The position numbers and the translations under genes are program-made. The notes under the pieces are model-generated. The model searched no databases and was not told the origin of the DNA. It was given only the letters and a program-made list of their open reading frames with translations. Positions 21,716 to 30,953 of a stretch of 64,000 bases of DNA are shown piece by piece; position 1 is the first letter of the stretch; each line of letters opens with the position of its first letter. The DNA comes from Histomonas meleagridis 2922-C6/04-290x (Eukaryota > Protista > Parabasalia), in the NCBI GenBank assembly GCA_020184695.1, contig JAANOX010000277.1, positions 62,001 through 126,000 on the forward strand, read 5' to 3'.

Positions 21716-22501
21716 ATGTTAACTTTAAAGAATTCTTTTATTCGTAAACTTAAACTTCTTTCTTCTCATGCATTAATACCACATCCTCAAAAAAAGAATT
21801 TTGGTGGAGAAGACTATTTTTTTATCTCACCAGATCAAAAAACAATTGGTGTAGCTGACGGAGTTGGTGGATGGAGTGACCAACCAGGGGCAAACTCAGC
21901 AAAATATTCACACGATCTTATGAATTTTTGTAAAAATAATTCTAATTTATCTGATCCTCTATCAATTCTTGAAAAATCATATAATCAACTTGATTTTTCT
22001 ATCAAAGGATCAACCACAGCCTTAGTTGCAAAACTTAAAGATAAAATTTTACATATATGTAATGTTGGTGATTCAGCATTATCAATTTATCGAGATGGAA
22101 AACTCATTTTCTTAACAGAAGATTCCGTTCATGGCTTCAATTTCCCTAAACAACTTGGATATACAAAAACAGATCAACCAAAAGATGGAACATATGATCA
22201 AATTCCTGTTCAAAAAGGCGATTTATTAATTGCAGGGACTGATGGCGTATGGGATAATGTTTGGAATGAAGATATCGAAAAAATAATCCAAAAAGTAATG
22301 AATTTAAAGGACAAAAATGTATCTGAAAAAATTAAAGAAATCGCTGAAGAAATTGCAAAAACAGCAAATGAAAATGGGAAAAACACAGAATACTATTCGC
22401 CATTTGCACAAAGCGCAAGTAATTTGGGATATATTTATAATGGAGGAAAACTTGATGATGTTACTGTGGTATCGTCACTTGTAATAGATGATAACGATTA
22501 A
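21716..22501 (+). CDS. PP2C-family phosphatase, PTC7/PPTC7-like
   Basis: Seen: GGEDYFF, GVADGVGGW, GSTTA, NVGDS, HGFNFPKQLG, GTDGVWDN, GGKLDDVTVV. Confidence 0.93.
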   Translation: MLTLKNSFIRKLKLLSSHALIPHPQKKNFGGEDYFFISPDQKTIGVADGVGGWSDQPGANSAKYSHDLMNFCKNNSNLSDPLSILEKSYNQLDFSIKGSTTALVAKLKDKILHICNVGDSALSIYRDGKLIFLTEDSVHGFNFPKQLGYTKTDQPKDGTYDQIPVQKGDLLIAGTDGVWDNVWNEDIEKIIQKVMNLKDKNVSEKIKEIAEEIAKTANENGKNTEYYSPFAQSASNLGYIYNGGKLDDVTVVSSLVIDDND

Positions 22502-23119
22502 ACTCTTTAATGTTTTTTTTTTTCTTGAAAGTTTTAATTTTTTACCACTCTTCATTTTTTTAAATGAATTATTTTCTATTAAAATATATAATAATTATTC
22601 GGGGTATACCATTCACTATAGGATCGCATGTTTCTTTAAAATTAATAAATAAACATATTTTTATCCACGTTATTTTTCCTTATTTTTCCCCTATCATTAT
22701 TTTTATTGTTGTTTCAAGAATTATTTTTTTCTAGTTGCTTTGTTTTCCCAATATTTTTTATCTTCGTAAACGAACAACAATTGAAACTTTATCATTTTCT
22801 GGTCGTACTAATTTAACATTTTTTTATTTTGGGTTAATCACCAACTGATATAAGTTATAATTCTTTTGATATTGTAAATACAGAATATGTTATGGTCATA
22901 TCTTTATCAAGATACAACATTTGGTTCGCTTAATGTATCAAAATTCATCAGTCGAAGAATGCACTCAATATGTCTGGCCAACACTTACATTTTCTAAATC
23001 AAACAAGTAAAACTATAAATTTCTCATATTTTTGAACTCGTTTCAAATTTAGATAAGTTTATCCAAAATAATAAATCAGATATGTATTTTGATATCAAAG
23101 GGATCTTTTAGTTAATTTT

Positions 23120-23341
23120 TTAAGGTTGGTAAAGATCAATTATGGAAATTGGGCCTGTGCACCCTCCGTTATGATAAATGACGACTCTTTCACCAGAAAT
23201 TTCTCCTACATTGAAAACAGCATCGTATACCCAGCTGTCCCAATTCATGTCTTGGTTATATACTTTTGCGCCTTTTCTCACTCTGACTCTATCACCAACT
23301 TTGATTTCTTTCATTAATGTCTCGTTGTCATTATCCTGCAT
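23120..23341 (-). CDS. Small stand-alone bacterial-type SH3-like (cell-wall-binding) domain protein
   Basis: Seen: IKVGDRVRVRKGAKVY...WVY..VFNV.EISGERVVI; TCATTTT and CCTTT motifs just upstream of the ATG. The similarity to Firmicutes amidase/endolysin modules is from memory. Confidence 0.6.
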   Translation of the reverse strand: MQDNDNETLMKEIKVGDRVRVRKGAKVYNQDMNWDSWVYDAVFNVGEISGERVVIYHNGGCTGPISIIDLYQP

Positions 23342-24144
23342 CACTAAAGGTTTAAAAAATGATGTGAACTATTTTCCGGCAAAATTAAAACTTCTGACAC
23401 AAATACTGTGAAAATAGAGTACGCACAGTGTTGTTTTGTCAATTGAAACTTATAGAAAAAAATGAATTTCCTGTCACTGATGGTTTATAAAATGCCAAGT
23501 CTTTTGACAAAAAATTGATAGAAGTCTCAATTGAAATTTTTCAAAGACTTTTGAAATAAGTCGTCGAATAATCAAACATTAAAACATTCAAGCTTAGATA
23601 TTCACAAAATTAAAATTTTCATGAAAGGAATAACAATAAATTTTGATAATTAAACGCATTTTAATGCTTATCACCAATCGAATACCCATTGAATATTCAT
23701 CACTCATCACATAACATTTCAGTCCTATCGTTCATTATAAAGTTTGTGGTTGGGCAAAATTTTGTGCCCGGGCATGTAAAATTTGTGCCCTTTCCCATGT
23801 CTAGATACAGATACAAAATCACAGGCGTGAAAGGATAAAGCGCCGTGATTAGGCGTTTTTGGTGAGCAACATAGCTTTAGTGTTTGCTTGGATAGTACCG
23901 AGATTCATTAAAAAATCACTCCAATTCTGTATTAAACATTTTCAAAATCATTGGAATTGGAGTGATTTTAGAATTATGCTCAACCATGTTGAGGAGAACA
24001 CCCAAGCCATGTTTTTTGCGAACATTTGGTCTTCGAGTTGATTTTAATATTGTAAACAATATATGCTTTATTTCCATTTCTTATTGAAAATGAAGATTTG
24101 ATGTTTGTAGAAGAGGAATCTGATTTAAAATTTTCGTTTGAACT

Positions 24145-26454
24145 TTATTCACGAAGTACATTTACTATTTCTGTGTAACCTTTTTGGTGTGCAATTTGAG
24201 TTGCAGTAAAATATTGTTAAAACATATTCTAAATTATTAAAACACATATAAAATTATTAAAACATATATAAAATCATTAAAATGAATATTTTTTGCATTA
24301 ACATCAATTCCTTCTTTGTCTAAAAGCAATTTTACTATTTCTATATTATTATTTCTAACTGCGATATGAAGTGCTGTTTCAAATTATTAAAACATATTTC
24401 AAATTATTAAAACATATTAAAAATTATTAAAACATATTTCAAATTATTCAAATGAATATTTCAAATTATTAAAACATATATAAAATCATTAAAATGAATA
24501 TTTTTTGCATTAACATCAATTCCTTCTTTGTCTAAAAGCAATTTTACTATTTCTATATTATTATTTCTAACTGCGATATGAAGTGCTGTTTCAAATTATT
24601 AAAACATATTTCAAATTATTAAAACATATTTTAAATTATTAAAACATATTTTAAATTATTCAAATGAATATTTTTTGCATTAACATCAATTCCTTTATCT
24701 AAAAGTAATTTTACAATTTCTATATTATTATTTCTAACTGCTACATGAAGTGCTGTTTCAAATTATTAAAACATATTCCAAATTATTTAAACATATTCCA
24801 AATTATTAAAATAAATCCAAAATTATTAAAACAAATCCAAAATTATTAAAACATATTATAAATTATGAAAACATATTGCAAATTATTAAAACATATTCTA
24901 AATTATTAAAACATATTATAAATTATTAAAACATATATAAAATTATTAAAATGAATAGTTTTTGCATTAACATCAATTCCTTCTTTATCTAAAAGTAATA
25001 TTACTGTTTCTCTATTATTATTTCTAACTGCTATATGAAGAGCTGTTTCAAATTATTAAAACATATTCCAAATTATTAAAACATATCCAAAATTATTAAA
25101 ACATATTTTAAATTATTCAAATGAATATTTTTTGCATTAACATCAATTCCTTCTTGTTTAAGAAGTATTTTAACAATTTCTGTATGACCTTTTTCAGATG
25201 CTAAAACAAGTGCTTTATCAAAATTTATAATAAAAATTTAAATCGTATTTTAAAATATCAAATAGTTTTAATAAAATTTCAATAAAATTTTCAAACACTT
25301 CTCTTTAAATTAATATATTTATGATTAATAAGGTAGTCAAAAAATTCTTCCTTGATAGAAATCTCTGAAATCTCTAAAAAATTTAATGAAATTTTATTAT
25401 TTTCGAGGAAATATAAAAAAATTAAAATATTTCCTGTTCTAATAGAATTGATGATATGATTCTTATTGATATTCATTCCTTCTTCTTTTAAAAATGAAAG
25501 AAGATCAAAATTATCATGTAAAATACATTTTTTTCCTAATTCTTCTAAATTATTATCAGGATTAATTTTATTTTCATAAATATATTTAAAGATATCATTT
25601 CGGTGAAACATAATTGCTGTTTCATATGTTTTATAAAATGATGAATGATTTTGTTCACATAAATGAATGATTTCTTCATTTCCACCTGCAATTGCATATT
25701 TGCCTGTTTTTATTACATTTGCTCCATTCATAAGCAAATATTTAAAACATTTAACTGAAGAAAAAAATGCTGCATAATCAATTAATGTAACATTTTTCTG
25801 ATTAACAAATGAACATCTTTCATAAAGTGATGGCTCAATTATTTGATTAAAATCAAAATCACTTTGTGATGATATTTCTTGAAATTTTTCGATTTCATCA
25901 TTACGAATTATTGTTGCAATATCATTTGGATTATGTCCTTCTTTAACATATTTCTTATGAAGTTCAAAATTTTCAGAAAGATCTTTGAAATTATATTCAT
26001 TTTTGAATTTAAACCTTTGAGATTGCAATTTTATGAATTCTTCTTCTGAAACATAATGTATATAAAAAGGATTATTTTTATTTTGAATAATTTTTGGTTC
26101 TATTAATTTACTTTCAATCATATTTTCAAGAAGATAATTTGAATCTTCATTATTAATTGTTAATAAAAACTGAGTAACAACATTAATTAAGGTATTATTC
26201 GATTTTATTTCTGCTTTCTGTAAATACTTGATGCATAATTTTTCAAATCCTTTGGAAACAAAATATGAATAAATAATTCTGCTAATAATGTGAAGGAATG
26301 AAATTGGAAATTCTTGAGAAAAGTATTGAAAAGAAGATTCGACTGATTGATCAATATTTTCCTCATTTAAATCGAAAATAATTCTCTCAACAGCTTGCAA
26401 AATTTGAAGGTTTTCGTTATATTTGAGAATCGATTGACTTTGATTTCCCCCCAC
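24145..26454 (-). CDS. DUF3447-ankyrin gene copy 3: GTG-started ORF plus 6 ankyrin units with tandem 17+3-nt linkers
   Basis: Seen: ORF 25291-26454. Linkers: 25217-25296 (80), 25047-25126 (80), 24757-24956 (200), 24590-24669 (80), 24378-24499 (122), 24208-24287 (80). The terminal cap TATQIAHQKGYTEIVNVLRE-stop ends at 24145. One linker carries a 5-nt element that breaks frame. Confidence 0.7.
24757..24956 (-). repeat. Tandem 10 x 20-nt array: near-constant 17-mer ATATGTTTTAATAATTT plus variable triplet
   Basis: Seen directly; the triplets TAT ATA AGA GCA ATA TGG TGG GGA GGA GAA encode YIRAIWWGGE. Confidence 0.95.
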
Positions 26455-26559
26455 TTGAAATAAATTAAATAAATTTTCAGGTTTGGAATAAATTGAATAT
26501 ATTTATTTAGTTTTTGTTTGTTTTTTGATCGACAAAGAGTAATTTTTTGTGATAAATTG

Positions 26560-27040
26560 AATACCAAACAATCGTTCCGAAGTGATCAATTATACAGTAG
26601 TTGAATATAAAGAAAAAAGATATTCTATACAAATGGAAAACATTCATTGGAGTGATAAATATAATAGTTATTGGCTTCCATCTTTTCAAGTAGCAGATGT
26701 TTTTGTATTTTGTTTTTCAATTGTTTCACTTCGATCATTAGAATACATCCAAAACTTTTACGCAGATAAACTTAAAAATCGCTTTATCAGCAAACCTTGC
26801 ATTATAGTTGGTGAGAATTAATTAAACGAATATCTACTACAATCAACACATAATGAAAATGATAAAAAACGATCATTAATTCCAAAACATAAAATAGAAG
26901 AGGTGAAAAATTTAATAGGAGCACGTTCTTATATAGAATGCTCAGTACTAAATAATGAACATGTAGAAGATATCTTTATAGCAGGAATCGAAGCTATTTT
27001 ATCAGATGAAAGTGCTCCACCTCAAAGTGAAGAGTTCTAA
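26560..27040 (+). pseudogene. Degenerate Rho/Ras-like small GTPase
   Basis: Seen: ADVFVFCFSIVS.RSL, PCIIVG and IGARSYIECS in one frame, interrupted by a TAA at 26819-26821; no P-loop or ATG found. Confidence 0.6.
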
Positions 27041-27991
27041 ACCCAAATGTAAAACCCATTCAAAACAACACATAAAGCAAACAATAGGATTTTCAATGAG
27101 CAAAATATCGTTTTTGCCTGAAAGTATTATCGTTGTATTCAAATCAATTTCATATGAAATTGCGGTTAAAAGTGGCTTATAAAGAAAAGTTCAAGAAAAC
27201 TCAAATCATCAAAAAAAAAAATAAACGACGAATATTTAAAATAACTTTCAAACACCATTTTGAAATATTAAAATATTTAATGTACTAAATAATTTAAATA
27301 GTAAACAAATAACATTTTGAAATAAAAATTATTAAAATGAATTTTGACATTAAGAGAAATTCCAACGAAAGAACTCTCAATGTACGATTTATTACTCTAA
27401 TATTATTCTAATACATTAAAACCTGTTTCAAATATAAATAACCTTTCGTACTGATATTTAAGTATTTGTTCACGAAAAATAAATTGTGGATCCAATATCG
27501 ATAACATTGATAAGCAATTAAGGTGCATTTCAGCTTTTTAAGTGAACGCTTTTATATGAACACTTAAATGCTGACCAAAATGATCAGTTAATGCTGATCC
27601 AAATATAATTATTAAATTTTTCAAATAAATATTAAATTAAATAAAAAACATATAATATATTTTTCTTTTTACAAAAAAATTGATGAATAATTAAATCGTT
27701 TGAGCTGAAATCAAATATGGATAAGCTGATATGATACATTAAATAACATATTTATGATTTTGACAATTGAGTAAGAAATACTATTTTTGATTAAATTCTT
27801 TTTTTTAAGAAATTCAAAATTCTGCATTAACCTGGGTATATAAAATGCAAATTTGTTGTTTCGGATCATCATTACTGAAACCATTTCCATCGTGAAAATA
27901 TAAAAATTTCAATCTTACTGTAGTCATCATGATGACGGTTTGAGACGGTTATCACAAACTTTTTAATACACATTTGTGACCAGATCAAAAA

Positions 27992-30805
27992 ATGTTTGTA
28001 CAACGTTCGTTAACAAATGAGCAACCCATTAAACCAGAAATTGAATACTTGCAATCAATTGCAAAAGCTGTTCGTGATCTGAATGCTGAAAATATAGAAT
28101 CAATCACTCAAATAATCATGAAATTATTTGATAAAACTTATCCGATTTCTTTCAACATTGTTATTTATCGATTAATATACACATTTTTCCATTCTAAAAG
28201 ATGTGATGTTCTGATATATTTTAAATTTTTAGAATCCATTGAAAAAAATGAAGAACAAATTCTTCAATGGATCCGATGCTACCGATCGGTACAAATATTT
28301 AAAATGTTCTTTCGTTTTCTTCATTCTGATATCACTCCAGAATCAAATTATATTATATCAAAATTATTTGAGCATAAATTAGTTGATCCTAATTTAATGA
28401 AAATTAAAAATAATATATTTTTCTTAAATTATATGACCACAGATGAATTTCAAAGTTATAAATCACGAAATGTTTTACACTCAGATAATGATTTATTCTC
28501 AAATATTGATGAACTACGAAAAGATAATTGGAAACTTCATCTAAAATACATAGAAGAAGGGAATTCTTCAGAAATAGCAAAAGCGATTCGAAGTGATGAT
28601 ATTGAAACACTTCAAAAAATATCATCACAACAAGACTTCAAAATTAATTCACTTATCAATGATTCTTTATATGAGAGATATAATATTTTTTATGATGATT
28701 TAGTATATGTACAACGTGGTGTAACGTTAATTGAGTATGCTGCGTTTTTTGGTTCAATTCAATGCTTTAAATTTTTGTTATTAAATGGAGCAAATATAAG
28801 TAATGAAGATAATAAACCTTCACTGTCAATAATTAACAATTATACATCAAAATATGTAATGAAATATGCAATTGCAGGAGGAAATCTTGAAATAATTCAG
28901 CTTTGCGAGCAAAATCATTCATCATATAAGGGATGTAGTGAAATAGCAATTGAATATCAAAGAAATGATATTTTTTATTATCTTTATGATAATGGTCATA
29001 TTGAATTAAAGGACGAACATCATATTGGACCTATAAAACCCAAAGCTCCTCAAACAAGAGAAGATATATTGGAAAAATTGATTGTTAAATGTATTCAATC
29101 AAATAACTTTGAAATTCTTTCATTTTTAGAAAAAGAAGTACCATATGGTTCATATAATTGGTATTTAATAAGCCATCACATAATCCAAACAGGAAATTTA
29201 TATCTTGTTAAATGCCTTATTCATGAAAATAAATTTTTAACAAATCCAGTGGTTGCAGCTTATTCTGGAAATGTTGAACTTGTTGAATTTATCCTTAATC
29301 AAAAAGGAGTTAATATTAATGCAGAAGAAGTTTGTTTTATTAGTTTTTAATTTTATTATGATATTTAGTTGAAATTTTGCAAATTATTTGGAACAGCTCT
29401 TATGCAAGCATTTATGGTTATATTGAGATTGTTAAATTACTTCTTAAGCAAGAAGGAATTGATATTAATAGAGAAAGTGAGTATATAAAATTTTTCATAC
29501 TTATTAAATTAATTTGGAAATAATTTTTATTGTTTAAAACAGCACTTATATGTGCATCTGAAAATGGCCAAATAGAAATAGTTAAATTACTTCTGGAACA
29601 AAAAGGAATTGATGTTAATGCTAAAACTATTTATTTGTTTTGTTTAATGTTTATTTTAATAATTTAATATTTCAATATAATATTTGGAAATTATTTGAAA
29701 TATTTTGGTCACCACTTAGGTGTGCATCTGAAAATGGCCAAACAGAAATAGTTAAATTCCTTCTTGAACAAGAAGGAATTGATATTAATGTTAAAGATAT
29801 TTATTTATTTTATTTAATGTTTATTTTAATAATTTGATATTTCTAAGTAATGTTTGTAAAATGTTTAAATAATTTAAAACAGCACTTATTTGGGCATCTG
29901 AAAAAGGTCATACAGAAATAGTTAAATTACTTCTGGAACAAAAAGGAATTGATATTAATGTCAAAGATAAAATAAATTTTAATAATTTTTTGTTTCAAAA
30001 TAATATTTGGAAATTATTTAAATTATTTGAAACAGCACTTATGTTTGCATCTGAAAAAGGTCATACAGAAATAGTTAAGTTACTTCTTGAACAAGAAGGA
30101 ATTGATATGAATGCTAAAGATATTTATTTGTTTTATTTTTTATTTATTTTAATAATTTTATATTTCAAAATAATATTTGGAAATTATTTAAATTATTTCA
30201 AACAGCACTTATATGTGCAAGTGGTCATATAAAAATATTTAAATTACTTCTTGAACAAAAAGGAATTGATGTTAATGCTAGAAATATTTATTTGTTTTGT
30301 TTCGAATTTGTTTTCATAATATGATGTTTAAAAATAATATTTGGAAAATGTTGAAATTATTTAATACAGCGCTTATTTTAGCTCTTCAACGAAATCAAAT
30401 TGAAATTGCTAAATTACTTCTTGAACAAGAAGGAATTGATATTAATACTGAAAATTTTTATTTGCTCGATACAAAAAAATTTTTAATATTTTTTTATTTC
30501 AAACTAATATTTGGAAATATTTTAAATTATTTGATACAGCACTTACGTGGACAAATAGAACGTCAGAAATTGCTAAATTACTTTGCGATAAAGGTGCTAT
30601 CGAAAAGCCTCGATCTAAACCTTCAGTAAATCTAGGATGTTCCAAATTTAACAAAAGCACAAGCGAAGATATAGGATCTGGACCTACATTAGGAAATTTC
30701 ACATTTGATAAAAATTCTAACCGAGGTTTAGGATCTGGACCTACATCAGGAAACTTCACATTTAACAATAACCAAGATGAGAGCTTAGGATTTAGCGGAT
30801 TTTAA
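27992..30805 (+). CDS. DUF3447-ankyrin gene copy 4 with 8 lattice linkers and a GSGPT-GNFTF C-terminal tail (first junction damaged, possibly a pseudogene)
   Basis: Seen: ORF 27992-29350. Linkers: 29330-29392 (63), 29479-29538 (60), 29629-29708, 29799-29878, 29969-30031 (63), 30122-30201, 30286-30365, 30456-30535 (others 80). The last segment 30536-30805 is an open 89-aa frame. The first linker has a TGA triplet and the first repeat is 4 nt short. Confidence 0.7.
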
Positions 30806-30953
30806 TTTCAAAAACATACACAGCATACATTTTTTTTTTTTTGATAATATAATAAAAATTCTAATATTTTTTTATGCACCAAAATGCGCTTTACGTCGTT
30901 TGCGGAGCAATGCGAAGCAAGCAAAATGAAATATTAAAAGAGAAATTGTTTGC

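Noticed and set aside
24208-25126. CRISPR-like repeat-spacer array
   Set aside because: Spacers are 3 nt, the context is eukaryotic, no cas genes are present, and the units sit inside ankyrin genes.
30141-30198. Stem-loop in the linker (AATAATTT...AAATTATT; TTTCAAAAT...ATTTGGAAA) as the processing signal
   Set aside because: The pairing is weak, expected in AT-rich DNA and absent from the homogenised 24-25 kb linkers.
7708-30629. Short ORF-track entries such as MKFQNNIWKLFKLF... and ...IYLFYLKFIFIILDF as separate small genes
   Set aside because: They are translations of insert DNA flanking single ankyrin units.
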